From Callorhinchus milii (taxonomy: Eukaryota), in NCBI RefSeq assembly GCF_018977255.1, contig NW_024704742.1, forward strand, positions 110,858,001-110,922,000: a DNA stretch of 64,000 nucleotides. The letters run 5' to 3'. The notes under the pieces are model-generated. The model was not told where the DNA came from, made no database searches, and saw nothing but the letters and a program-made list of their open reading frames with translations. The number at the start of each line of letters is the position of its first letter. Position 1 is the first letter of the stretch. Of the stretch, positions 26,931 through 40,005 are shown one piece after another. Position numbers and translations under genes: made by a program.

Positions 26931-29896
26931 TACCTTGTAGTACTGCACATCTGGATGGCCTAGGGTCCAGACTACTGAGACAACCACAGAGGATTGACTA
27001 GAATGACCAAACATGGTGAATGATCAACGTTACCTGAAGAATTGTTATCCAGGACACCAGGAGAAACTCATTGTTTCTTTTTATACAAGCATGTTATGGG
27101 AGCTTGTTTAACTTGTTTTTCTGCTGGTTTAGTTAGGTACTAAAGAGGCCATGGCACTATTCAAAAAGTAAGAGGGAATATCACTCTTCCTGGCCAACAA
27201 TCTTTGTCACTTCGCTTTGCAATATTTTCTGTGAAGCGCTTTTCTCAAATGAGCCTCGAGGAAAGTACAAGACAACCCACAATTCTCTCCTCACTTCTGA
27301 AAAGATAAAATACAAATAGGAATAATGGCTGTCAGGAATAATGCTGCCATTTGCTACAGAGGCAGATAGAGAGAGTGCACACACATACACTAACCATGCT
27401 GTCGAAGACGTGATAAAATGCTATATCAAATGTAAAGATGATTATTATTATTATAAGGCAGAGCAGTGGGATTCAGTGAACATCTTGTTCTGAGAGCTGA
27501 TGCAGATTTGATGAGCCAAATGCCTCCTTCTGTAAATATCTATGGTTCTAATCATTTCATACCAAGACTTCAGTTGAGATGAAATGTAAAGTTTCAGTTT
27601 TCAGCCTCACAGGGCACAGGTTGGGAAATACCTCCTGGGCAAGGAGGAACGGGTCATGTTTTGGTAGAGAAATACAGTACTGATTATAAGATAAGATAAT
27701 CAAAGGAATGACTGCTTTTGACATTTTCAAGTTGGTAATAGAATGTGCTATTGCATAGCTTCAACTGTCTGCTTCAGCTATGACAAATCCTGTTTGACAT
27801 TGTTTAGATTTCATGTGCATTTCAGTGACAATTACATAGCTATTGATATAGTGATAATTTACTGTATACTGCTCAGACTTAGCACGTAAATGAGCCATAG
27901 AGATCATAATGTACGTCTTTTTGGTGGTTTGTACAGAATTATTTGATCTCAGTCAGACTTCTATTGAAGAGAGAGAAAAGAGGCATTAAAATCAATTTCA
28001 GCTTGGGAAGAGAAAAAGATATCTCAATCCTGCTATCCAGGCCTGTAAAAACTTCCTGAAGTATCACAATAAGAAAAAATGTAAATCTGCATGTTTTTGT
28101 ACTGTTTTTGCTCATGTGAATACAGAATGAATACGGTTACGTTTCAGCATCTGTATTACTTTGTAGTTACACACATTATGCAGTCAGCAATGTGATTTAG
28201 TCCATACGAATTAGAGGAATGAGCTTTGAGCAGCAATTAGTAAAGCTAAGGTCCTTCAATCTTGAAAAGGAGACATTTCAATGGGAACTTAATAGAGGTA
28301 TGGAAAATTTTAAATGGGATTGAGAAAGTAAAGGGTTTTAAAGGCCAATTTCAGTATTTCTTTACTCAGAGAACAATTAACGACTGGAATATTTTACCAG
28401 GAAAGATGCTTGATGGTGGACTCATTTAAATAAAATAGCTTGATGCTGTACTTGGAGGATGGTAGGTGGATGTTCTGGAAAAATGGGATCAAATGGACTA
28501 AAAGCCTATATTCATCCTAACTTCTCGAGTGATGTCCATCTAATAATATTGGGGGCAAAAGGTTATGAAAAGTTGATCAAGCAATAACATTTTCCACTGT
28601 GTCATTCCTTCTGTGCAGTTTTAAAAGTGAAAACTAAATGTCGTTAATCTTAAAAAAAAACTCCTTGAAATATGCAAATTCAGAACATTATGTAAATTCA
28701 GTGTTGTGCCTATCTCACTTGCAGAAAAATCCGTGAGGCTAGACTGAGCGCAGGTTTAGACCAAATGTATTGCTCTCAGGTGTAGCCTTGTAACTTGCTA
28801 CCTTTTCACTGCTCTTATACAAAGCCCTGCTTACTGAGCTTACAGGAAAGACAATGGAGCACAGGTAGCACAATGCAGCAAAACAAACATTCAATAAAAG
28901 TTTGTTTTAATATAAAGAATGATAGAAACAGAAAGGGCTGCACACAGGAATATGACTTGGAGCCCAGCAAGTCGAAGCTCTCCTGTTTCAAAATCCCAGC
29001 AACCAAACCGCTTTCTATTTCCCTTTCAACTATGGTACAATTATGTCGCAACTATAGTATGTGTCAGTGACTTCCACATTTCAACAACCATGGAAATTAA
29101 TGGTTTCTAATTTCCTTTTTAATTATTTTCTCAACTTTCATTAAAAAAACTGTCTTAACTTTCGGTTTGTACCTCTTCTCTGGTAAGTTTTTAATAAATC
29201 TATATTACACCCTTTTTCTTATTTGCATGTCCTTCCTAATATGGGATACCCAACACTGTACACAATACAAAACTATTGTCATGTAATGCTCAACATTACC
29301 TTTTTGCTGTTGTATTCCATTCCTCTGCTTATAAAAACAAAGATTCAGTTAGTTTTTTTTATTTGCTTTATCTAATGTCCTGCCATCTTAAATAACCTGC
29401 GAATTCAAGATCCTTATCCTGACAAACCAATCTTTTCTCGCATTAGCAAATCTGACCTGCTCGTACCCCATCCCTCTGTCTATCCGCTTCACTCAGCTGG
29501 CTCAGACCTGCTACACGTCCCTTGACCACTCTGCAGCATCATTAGTAGCTGTGCCTTCAGCCACTTCATCCCTAACATATGGAACTCCCTACCTCAATCC
29601 CTCTGCTTCAGACCCTTTTTATCGTTAAATCCCACCTTAAGATCCTACCTCGCGACAATGCCTACGATCACTTCTTCTGCTTCTCCATTGCTGAGCATCC
29701 AAACCTGCCTCTGTGCGACACTATCCTGTGTGACGGGCACTATTTAAATTCAACTTGTTGTGGTTGCTCACCAAGATCCCTCTACTCCTTTGCTCCACTA
29801 AAAGTGCATTTCAAAAACACTGCATGAATACACAATATTTTGCTTTTGTTTTGCTGCTTTGCAAGATTTCATTTTATATATTCTATTTTGGTTCAG

Positions 29897-29975
29897 GTTA
29901 CAGGACTGAGAATGACTTAATCACTATACCTCCAGGCATAAATGAATACCCCTTCAGATTCATGCTTCCAAACAT
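29897..29975 (+). CDS. ARRDC3-like: ARRDC3-like copy A, exon 2
   Basis: ttcag|..TIPPGINEYPFRFMLPN..|gtaag; 79 nt, phase 1 to 2. Matches the G-x-x-E-Y-x-F-x-F-x-L-P arrestin motif. Confidence 0.9.
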
Positions 29976-30047
29976 GTAAGAGCTGCCTTTTGTTTTACTT
30001 TCCTATGATGTGCTTCTTAGATTATAATAAACTGTATTTATACTTTT

Positions 30048-30425
30048 ACAACAACATATTACATTTATACAGTGCCTTTCACAATGGGACAATGTCCCAA
30101 TGTGCTGGACAATCAGGGATTTGGACCTGAGCAGGGGGTTGGGATCAGGAGGGATGGAGTGTAGGGATAAGAGGTTGGCCGAAGGTGCGGTCGAAGTGGG
30201 CTTCAGACGTGCCTTGAAGGAGGCAAGGGAGGGAGTGAGGTGAAGCTGTCTGTGGGATGGTGTTTCAAAGGGATGGGTCAGAGAGGCTGAAGGCCTGACC
30301 GCCAATGGTAGGATGGGCCAGGCCGAGCTGGGGCCATGGAGCAGGCTGGAGCCTGCTGAGCGGAGAGGTTGATATGGTGTTAGTAGGTCACAGAGGTAGC
30401 AAGGAGCAAGGCAGTTGAGTACTTT
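30048..30425 (-). mobile_element. L2 3' fragment
   Basis: LAPCYLCDLL..SLASFKARLK peptide; tail. Confidence 0.75.
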
Positions 30426-31009
30426 GAAAAAACATTTTTTTAAAACATTCCGTGGGCCAAACATTTCTGCAAACCTGTGTGTAGATTCTTGCCAACCTGC
30501 TCTCCTCGTGAGCCCCCATCATCATTCCGAGCTACTTCACCATCATTCTTGCCTCTGAATCAAAAGGTTGTGGGTTCAAGGCTATTTCTAGTAACCTGCT
30601 GGGACAATATCTCAAACTCTTCAAAAATTGATATGACATGAGAAAATATTAAGATTTTTATTCAGATTTTTATAATAAGTTAATTAGTATTTGCCCACAA
30701 AAAAAATCTGAATTTACAATAAAAAATTAATCACTTTTATTATTCTTTATAAGTCTCCATGTTACGATAAAATTCCTGAGCATTTCAAGAAGCACAAGCT
30801 TATCAGGGCCAGTCAGCACACATTTCTAAACAACAGATTAAGCAGAATCAATCTAGTGAGATTATGGAACTCACTGCCTGAAGTCGTGGTTGAATCAGAT
30901 AGTGTAGATGAATTAAAGAGTGGGAGGGGAATTGAAGCGTATCGGAGGAAGTAAGGTATGAAGACTCGTGTGGAGTATAAACACCGGCAACGGACTGGTT
31001 GAGTACTAC

Positions 31010-31878
31010 GATTTTTATCCTACAGTTGAATGTGAACAAGACTGAGGCCCTCCTGATTGGCTCGCGTCAGCATCTCTGCACCTCAGGCTCTGGCAGCATC
31101 AACCTCCATGGTTGGATACTTCAACTCACCAAGCCAGTCAGGAACCTAGGTGTCTTGTTCGACCCTCAACTGTCTTTTCTTCACCACATCCAAGCCATGA
31201 CCCCCTCTGCCTTGCCTCATCTCTGTAACATCGCCCGACTCCGCCACTACCTCACCCCTCAGGCCGCTGAAACTCTTGTTCATGCCTTCATCACCTCCAG
31301 GCTCGACTATGCAAACCCCCTGTTTGTCGGCCTTCCCAACTCTTCTCTCCACAGACAGCAGATAATCCAGAACTCTGCAGCCCGTGTCCTCTCCTGCACC
31401 AAATTCCGTGTCCTCATCTCCCCCATTCTCGCCCAACTCCATTGGCTCCCTATCCTTCAGAGGATCCAGTTCAAGATCCTGGTCCTCACCTACAAAGCCC
31501 TCAATGGTCTTGCCCCACCCTATCTCTATGACCTCCTAATCCTCTACCAACCCACCCACTCCCTCTGCTGAGCCGGTTCCGGCGTGCTCCACGTCCCCCG
31601 ACACACCCGCCCCACCATTGGCGGGAGAGCCTTCAGCCACTCTGCCCCCAACCCCTGGAACTCCATCCCCCAGTCACTCCGCCTCGCCCCCTCCTTAGCC
31701 TCCTTCAAGTCCAGCCTCAAAATCCTCCTCTTCAACCATGTCATCGGCCACCCCCTTCCTCTCCCCTCCCTTCTCCCCCCGACCGCAGCTCGGGTCTGAA
31801 ATGCTGTACACTGTCCAGCGGCTTGGGACGTCCTCCCGACGTGAAAGGCGCTATACAAATGTAATCTTGTTGTTGTTA
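31010..31878 (+). mobile_element. L2 3' fragment
   Basis: LQLNVNKTEALL..SRLDYAN..LHWLPI ORF; tail gggacgtcctcccgacgtgaaaggcgc..(tgt)n. Confidence 0.88.
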
Positions 31879-32012
31879 TCTCATGATTAATTTGTTTTGA
31901 TGGAGAGTTGTAGGTTCGCAGACCTTTTCACGATCCAATTTTACGAGTTAGATAGTTCAAATTAAAATTGCATGTTACACACATCTTATAATGCCTTGTT
32001 TTATGCTAACAG

Positions 32013-32160
32013 ACTATTACCTGCTACAGTTAAAGGTGAATATGGTAATGTGAGTTACTGGGTGAAAGCCAAACTACACAGGCCAAGGAAGTTGACCATG
32101 AAAGTAAAAGAAGAATTTGCAGTTTTTGAACGCTTCATCAATTACAACCCATTGTGGATG
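32013..32160 (+). CDS. ARRDC3-like: ARRDC3-like copy A, exon 3
   Basis: aacag|LLPATVKGEYGNVSYWVKAKLHRPRKLTMKVKEEFAVFE..|gtaagt; 148 nt, phase 2 to 0. Confidence 0.93.
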
Positions 32161-32999
32161 GTAAGTGAATAACACTTACATTTGACATTATGCCTTTCTC
32201 ATTGTAGGATATTTCAAAATGCTTCACAGGATTTACTGTAAGGTGTAGTGACTGTATTTTGTAGGTGAACCCAGCAGCAAGTTTTGCGCGTAGCAATGTC
32301 CCACAAACAGCCAAGAAAATAGCAAAGTGACAGATGGAAAAGGCAGCTGCGGATCTCCTGTGTTAAACATAATAGCTAAACAATTCACTCATGAATTCAG
32401 TCACTCAACAATTCAGCCTGGCAGTTTTCTGCATAGGCGCAGTTCACAGAAAGTGACGGCAGTGGCAACTTGATGACCAAAATGTCACTCATGTTAGCTT
32501 CATTCATGCTAACAAATGGCCGACATCCCGGTCATCAGGTCACTGACAATGTCAGTTTGGCAGCCTGATGATGTTGGCAATAACCAGACGACGCAGACAT
32601 TTTTTGGCTTGAGAAATTAGCCAGTGTTTTAGAAGGGAATGCACAGATGGGACTCCAATTATGGTGGAGGCATATTTATATCTCCATGGAATCCCAAACA
32701 AGCAAGACACAATAATGGTCTTTATTGCACATACGTGCAGCTAGCTGACTCTCTTACTGCATATTGGACAGTCCCAGTGCTAAAGAAAAAATAGTCAACT
32801 TCCAGTTCATCAGGTTATCATCAGCAGCACTTCCCGTTTTCCGCACATGGTAAACAAGTGGGCCAGCTACATGTGTATACATACGTAGTTATCAAAGTCC
32901 AAAAGGTAACTGGATTATAAGCAAATTTGCACATATTAACTGGTATGAAAGCTTGATCATGGAAAATACAATGAAGTACGTACACTAAATTCATCTTCA

Positions 33000-33400
33000 C
33001 CATGCTTCCCAACTCTTCCTTCCAAAGCTACGGGTTATTCAGCACTCTGCAGCTTGTGTCCTCTCCCGTGCCAAGCTCCATGACCCTATCAGCTCCAACC
33101 TCACCTGGCTCCAGAGGATCAAGTTTAAAATCCTCATCCTCACTTTTAAAGCCCTCCCAACTCTGTGGCCTACTAGCATCATACCAACCTGTCTGCTCCC
33201 TCTACTCGGCAGGCAGTGGTCTGCTTCATGTCCACCGCCCTGCCCTAATTCAGTGGTCGGGCCTTCAACTTTTCTGCCCCTATCTTTTGGAACTCCATCC
33301 GGGAATCTCTCCAACTAGCTGCTACTTCAAGGCCGGTCTCAAGACCTTCCTCTTTGACTGTGTCTTCAGCCATCTTCCCATCTCCCGACAACCCTCTTGA
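33000..33400 (+). mobile_element. Degenerate L2 3' fragment
   Basis: FKAGLKTFLFD-type peptides. Confidence 0.65.
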
Positions 33401-34205
33401 TTCCACCTTGAGCACCTTGGGAAGCTCACTGGCTCCCTGTACTAAGGCTGGATTCAAACTGGACTTTATCAGCTGCAGCCCAGGGCCCCAGATTTTGAGG
33501 GGCCCCCAAAAAAGCGCAAGTCGTGATGACTAGTGTGCAGCGGGAGCACTGCACAGATTCTGTAATGTTCTGACCTCCCTAGTGATTGAGATTTCTCAGG
33601 AAGTCAGAGCACTATTGCGCGTGTGCTAGAAGCACATGTTCAGCTTCTGACACATGCGCAAAAGCAATCGGCTCAGCCAATAGAAAACCAAGGTAAACGA
33701 CTTGAAACTCCACAACTGCTGGGACTATGAATCCCATGTTCCGGAGGGAGGTAAACATGATGATTACTAGCTGGTATGAAACCTTGGCTGTGGAAAATAT
33801 AGTGAAGTATCGAGGCCATTAACATAACAAACAACAAGAAGGTGGTGATCAAAATACTGAAACCTGTCGAAAAGAAGAGGAAGATAAAGATGATTGCTCA
33901 CTGACAGGTGGATGGTCCAATGAGAGTGCAGGATGTGTTAATGAACTGGCGGATGGTACAGTGGGAGCGTTTACTTGCTGTAGGTATTTGAACTGACTGT
34001 CCCCAAAACCACAACTTTAACAAACTGTGGCTGCAATTTTGATATCAAAAAATCATGAGTTTCTTACAGCCTTATTTATTTTCTATTTTTCTCTCATATT
34101 CCTTCTTAGTTTTTCTAAACTCCCTTTTTGCAGCATAAGTATCCTGAGTGACTGTCTCTCTGCCTTGATGAGGAACAAGAGTATTTCCTCTGATTTCTTT
34201 TACAG

Positions 34206-34308
34206 TTACCACAGGAAGCCACAAATGACAAAACTCTTTGTTGCTGGTGCTGTTCCTCAGGGCAAATATCACTCAGAGCTAAAATCGAGCAGATGGGCTA
34301 CATGCAAG
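34206..34308 (+). CDS. ARRDC3-like: ARRDC3-like copy A, exon 4
   Basis: Read by hand (not in the ORF track): tacag|LPQEATNDKTLCCWCCSSGQISLRAKIEQMGYMQG|gtgaca; 103 nt, phase 0 to 1. Matches ARRDC3 [31 protein letters not shown]. Confidence 0.9.
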
Positions 34309-36139
34309 GTGACATTTCTTGGTGTAAAGGATAAAATGTAAAGTTTATTTTTGCATTGGGTTTCTGTGCACTATGAATTGAAGCTGGCACAAAAGTAATC
34401 CGAAACAAACTGTTTGGTTGGAGGTTTGTAAAAATCTTTAAGAAGCAGTAAAATAAGTCAACAGGGTGGTTAAATGTAGCAAAATGAGATGTGATGAGAG
34501 TGTGTGGGAGCGCGGGGGGGTGGGGGTGAAGTAGTTATTCACATTGCAATTTGTTTGTTTACTTTTGGGTATTTCTGTCAATGTCCTGAGTTTTGCACAT
34601 TTGATATTGTTCCATTGGGAAAGTTCTTGCAGACAGGTTTTGTAGAAGCCTTAATGTCGTAAACTGGATCTGACAGCTTGGGGGTCTATTCAGACATAAA
34701 CAGATATGGAAAATCCAACTGTCAATTGAAGGCCTGTAGAAGGCTGTGGGCCACACCCAGAAAACAAAACCTGCACAACAGTTTTAACAAATGTTTCTTT
34801 AAAAAAAAACTCTACCTTTTTACATCAAGATTCTTCTGAGGAGCCCCTTGTTTTATATTGGTGGTCAATTATTACTTAGGCATGGTGCCCAATTATATTA
34901 TTATGCCCAATTCCACTTAGGGCTAGAACGCTAAACAAACTTGATTGGAGCCCAGTCCTTGTTAGCTCCCTTGATTGTGGCATCCTTTTATACATGAAAA
35001 AGTATGTGCTCCTTCACATGTAGCTTGAGCACCAATAACCATAAAAATCAGTGACAAGACCAAACACAATTTTCTTACATGATATCAGGTCACATTATGG
35101 GATGATGATCATAAACATCAAATTAAAACAAACAGATATTAAACAGGTTTATACATAATACAGGAAACAGGCTTCTTTGTTCGCAAGCAAAGGCTATTCC
35201 CAATTACCTTCTAACTAGCTTCAAATCTGGTGAGGATTGCTGCCCAATGACTCCTTCTGGAAAGAGGGCATGCCGATGTCAGGAAAGGATGTGAGCATGA
35301 TTGATTTTTGATAAGTTAGCAGAAAGCTGCTGGAGTCTACTGATCTGTACCAATTTTGAGCTGCGTTCAGATAATGAGGGTGTCCCACATCAGCCATAAA
35401 GGAAACGTTAATTTTTTTTATGTGGAGGATGGTTGACTTTGACACTTGGAGAAACTCCCTTCTCTTTTCGAATAGAGTCTTAGAATCTTTAACATCCACC
35501 TGAACATGCAGACATAACCTTGGTTTATCGTCTCATCCAAAGGATATCAATGCTTTCTACAATGCAATCAATCTACAATGCTCCAGCACTGCATTGGATT
35601 GTGAGCCTAGACCATAAACTCAAAGTTCTGACATGGGGCTTGAAACCACAACTTTCTCACTCAAAGGTGAGAAAGTTAACAAGTGATCCAGGCTGACAGC
35701 AATTTTTTACAAATATCTTTCATTAAAACAATAGTTTAACAAGTGCAAATTAAAGCTCTATATAACACCAACACCACAGTAGTTACTTTTGAGTGGAGGA
35801 ATAAGGTGCCATCAAGAGATATTTTTGTATCTTTTTATTGCAGATTATGAGAATAATTTTAAGATAAGGTTGTATTAGAACAGAGGTATCTGCCCTTTTT
35901 ACTATCTGCTTCTTACTATAAAACAATTAGTATTTCAAAACTGTTAGAAAACTTTCTTAATAACTGCAAACAAAGGGCATTTTTCTTTGGCATGCATTAG
36001 GTTGGCACAACTCCAAAGAGGAACAATATAAGCATCTGAGGAGAAAAAAAATTAAGGGATGTAGGAAATTACTGTTAATAAAACAAAAAGGAACTCAGCA
36101 AAATAGGCACAGAGCGAATGGAACGAATAATAATCCTTA

Positions 36140-36490
36140 TATAATATAATAATCCTTGCATTTAATATAACAACAACAATTTGGGATTATATAGCGCCCT
36201 CCACACACGGATGGTGTCTCAGAGTGCTTTTCATGTTTTCTAGACGTCTCAAAGCGCTTAAAGTGAATTGACTGTATATTTGTGGGCGAAACACAGAAGC
36301 CAATTGTGCACAGCAGTGTCCCACAAACAGTCGTGGATTGAGTGACCAATTTATTATTTTTTTTTCCTGAAGGATTATTATCAGGGGTGTGGAGTAAGGA
36401 AACTTGCCCAAGTTTTGCTCTGCTGGGAATCGAACCCAGGTCTCTCGCTTGCAAGGCGAGTGCTCTAACTACTGAGCTACAGGACTCCAC
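36140..36490 (-). mobile_element. SINE with a ~55-nt L2 family-B tail inserted at about 36170-36223
   Basis: Family match; the insert matches the 3' end of 60257-60964. Confidence 0.82.
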
Positions 36491-36759
36491 AAATGGACTC
36501 CAAGAAAGGCCCTGTTCTGTGGTGACAGTTTCTTTGGAGTAATATTTACAGTAGCTTTTTAATCCATTCTATGTATTAATTTAACACAATGAATGGGTTA
36601 TAAGGAATATCTGAAAAATTGTAGCTATTATAATTTGTGCCTCTGTTCCTTAATCAAGAGGTAATTAAGACTTGCCTATATTCAGAGCACTGTTCCTGGC
36701 TGCTGCTCCCACTCAGACTGCTCTTTCTGGTCAGCTGAATTCTTGTAATTGTATAAGGA

Positions 36760-37135
36760 GTTTTGCCTTAGAGTCATAAGATTGTGGGTTCATGCCCCAC
36801 ATTGAGACTTTGAGCTCAGAGTCTAGGCTAACACTCCAATTATTTCTGGAGAGTGCCACATTATGAGAGCTGTGGTCCTTCAGATGAAATGTTAAACTGA
36901 CATCCCGTCTGCCTAGTCAGATGTCTTTTAAGATCCCATTAAGAAAGAGAAAGGATTTTTTCCCGGTGTCCTTGCCAACAATTCCCCTTATTAAAAAAAA
37001 TGGTCAATAATGTCAAGGCTGTTTGTGGGACATTGTTTTGTGCAAACTGCACACATTTGCCGACAAATACATGGAAACTTTGTGAAGTGCTTTAAAAGAT
37101 TTTCAATGCCGTAGACCTTACATCAAATGCAAACA
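36760..37135 (+). mobile_element. Ancient Deu-domain SINE (SacSINE1/AmnSINE1-like); other copies near 35380-35700(-), 58085-58430, 18125-18270 and 10155-10240
   Basis: cttcagatgaaatgttaaactga..ccgtctgcc..aagatccca..cccggtgtccttgccaa matches the Deu core as recalled. Confidence 0.65.
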
Positions 37136-37715
37136 TCATTATTGGATGGTTTAAAAGTTGTAAGCACAGTTGATAAGACTTTTTTTTCCTCAAGTGATTT
37201 AGTTATTATTTTTAAATATAAATTTAGCTTATCTAATTATTGTTTTAATTTTCTCCCTGCTGGCCACTGCCTCTTTGCTCCTGGTCTGGCTTCTGTTACT
37301 GAGGTAAAGTTCCCCGAGTGCTGATTGTCTTCTGGTACCCTGCCAAATGGGCAATGCTCACATGTGAGTCTTGGCAGTGAATGCTGGCAGGTCATTTGAC
37401 TGTATATGGCATCGCAGCCAAGCCCGATCTCCCCAACCAACTACATATATGTGCACAATTAGTAGCGGGACCAGGAACCTTGGCTTGTTTTCCCCGAGGA
37501 AAATCAGGGATAATTTATCCTCTCTAAGAGGTCCCAGCTGATCAGTAAACTCAGCATGGACTGGGATTTGAACTAGCGAGCTCCTGTTCCATAAATTGGC
37601 GATATTTAACTTGGTGGTTGTTTTAAAATATGATGGTTACAAAGTGTTTGTAATACACAAAATAATTAAAATGTGAGGAGTTTTTTTCAATGTTTTTTTT
37701 CCTCTCATCCTACAG

Positions 37716-37972
37716 GTGAAGTAATTCAAATATTTGCCGAATTTGAGAATATTTCTTCTCGTACAGTGATACCAAATGCAGTCATTAACCAAATACAGAC
37801 TTTCATTACCAATAGGAAAAGTAAAATAGTATCAAAAATTGTAGCCAGACTGCAAGGAGACCCATTGCTGCCGGGAGCAACAGAAAGATGGAACGGAAAA
37901 GTTCTGCAAATTCCAACTTCACCTCCCTCTTACCTCAGCTGCAGTATAATCACCATAGAGTACATATTGATG
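37716..37972 (+). CDS. ARRDC3-like: ARRDC3-like copy A, exon 5 (arrestin C-domain)
   Basis: tacag|GEVIQIFAEFENISSRTVIP..WNGKVLQIP..CSIITIEYILM|gtaggc; 257 nt, phase 1 to 0. Confidence 0.93.
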
Positions 37973-38344
37973 GTAGGCTGCTTTCTTGCATTATTGGTTT
38001 GCATTCTGATGTTGTGGAAAGGCAGCAACAACAACCAAAATAAATATTTAGCACATCATGGAGCCTTCAAATTCTACACCACTAATCTCAGGAATTCTCT
38101 CCCTCTACCACTGCAGCTCACCGTATCTCGATTTTGTCTTTTAAGTTCTGCTTCAAAATGTACCTCTTCAACATATGGTCATTTCCCCCTCCCACCTCTC
38201 TCCTGCTCAGCATCTGCCCAGACTTTATAAAGTGCTCTGGGATGTTATCTGTGAAGTCCTGTAGCTTAGTGGTTAGAGCACCCGCAATTTGCCCACAAAT
38301 ATACAGTCAATTCACTTTACAGTATATTCTGTGAATTTGTGATT

Positions 38345-39010
38345 TGAACTCGCGTGTGAGGATCTTGAAATCAATCCGTTTGGTGATGGGGAGCCAGTGG
38401 AGCCTGGTCAGAACTGGTGAGATGTGGGTAAGCAGTTGCTCGGGTGTGCAGGCGGCAGAGTTCTGAATGATCTGGATCTTGTGATGGTAGAGTTGGGGAG
38501 ACCGGCGAGGAGTGCGTTGGAGTAATCCAAGCAGGAGGTGATAAACGCATGCTTGACAGCTTTGGCTGCATTTGGGGTAAGATACAATCGGAGGCGGGCA
38601 ATGTGGCAGAGGTGGAAGAAGGCAGTCCTGGTCAGGGACTGGATGTGGGGGATGAAGGACAGTTGGGAGTGGAACCGGACGCTTAGGTTTCACACTGGTT
38701 CAGTGAGTCTGAGGGAGAGCCCAGGGCCGTTGAAGAGTTTAGATCCGCAAGAGTGAAGACGTTGACAGGAGCCAAGGAGTATGGCTTCCATCCTGTCCTT
38801 ATTCAGCTGCAGCAAGTTTACACTCATCCAGGTCTTGATGTCTGCCAGACAAGCTGATAGATCATCGGCAGACTTGGAGTCACAGCTGGAGGAGGCAAAG
38901 TAGATTTGTGCGCCATCCGCATGCATGTGGAAGTTTACCCCGTGTCTGCAGATGGACAAACCATCCAAGTGTGGTCCCACTAAGGTAGATGAGGGAACGC
39001 TCAGGAGCAC
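38345..39010 (-). mobile_element. L2 RT fragment
   Basis: HMHADGAQIY; LHWLPITKRIDFKIL. Confidence 0.8.
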
Positions 39011-40005
39011 TTTACAGAGACTGTGCCAGAAACCAAGCAGGGAGGGTGGGAGAGGAGGAAAGTGCTCAAAGGCACAGTCAAAAAGCTAGGTGGGGTTTGA
39101 AGACATAAAGAGATGGGGTGAGATGGAGTCCGCTTATGGAGCAATTTCTAGAGGGTCAGGTTATAGTGGCTGTATGAACTCATTTAAAATTTCTGTATAT
39201 ATGCTTTTTTCCTGTTGTGAAAATGATTCTCCCCCTTCTCCAAATCATACATACCCCTTTCCTGCCACAAAGGTGTGAAGATAACCTGTTCCTAATCCAA
39301 TGCCTCTTTGTAACTTGCTTGTTTTTTCGTTTTTATGGAGATGTCACTATCTTCTCTGAAGTTTCACTACAAGTGATGAAATATATCATGGGGTAAAATT
39401 TGCAGCATTCCTTAACTTATTTAACAAATGTTTTAGGGTTTTTAAAGGTAATTGTGGTGGCTTCCTTTTGGCTCAGGTAAATATCAACTATGTATAAGCC
39501 ATTGAAATCAGGAAAGACAGGCCAATCCTAGCAATGTCCTGATGGATTGTAAAATTTGGTATCAATATCCTCAGATTTGGTAAAGGAAGAGAATATAACT
39601 TGATAGGGCTTCCACTCATTGTGACTTTTTTTCCTATACGTGTGTGTTTTGGACTTTGAGTAAGGAAGATCTCAGGTCTGGCTATGACAGATAGTTTGAA
39701 GCACTCTGGGATACTACCTCATGGGTAAAGCACTATATAAATGTAAGTTGTTATTGACTCGTTCACTGGCTGCAATGTTGGAACAACCCATTGACAAGAA
39801 TAGTGATGACACCCAAAGAACAATAATTAATTGGGTGAAGTACTGAAGAGTCTCTCACACTTGAGGAATTGTAACCTCTCATAACAGCCATGTCTTCAAT
39901 AGAGGAGCAAATAAAGGAGCAAAGTGAGAAAATGTTGTAAGGGTGGAGGAACATTCTCTGCCTTGTAATGGTGACAAATTGTAATACTTGCTTGTTTCAT
40001 TTTAG

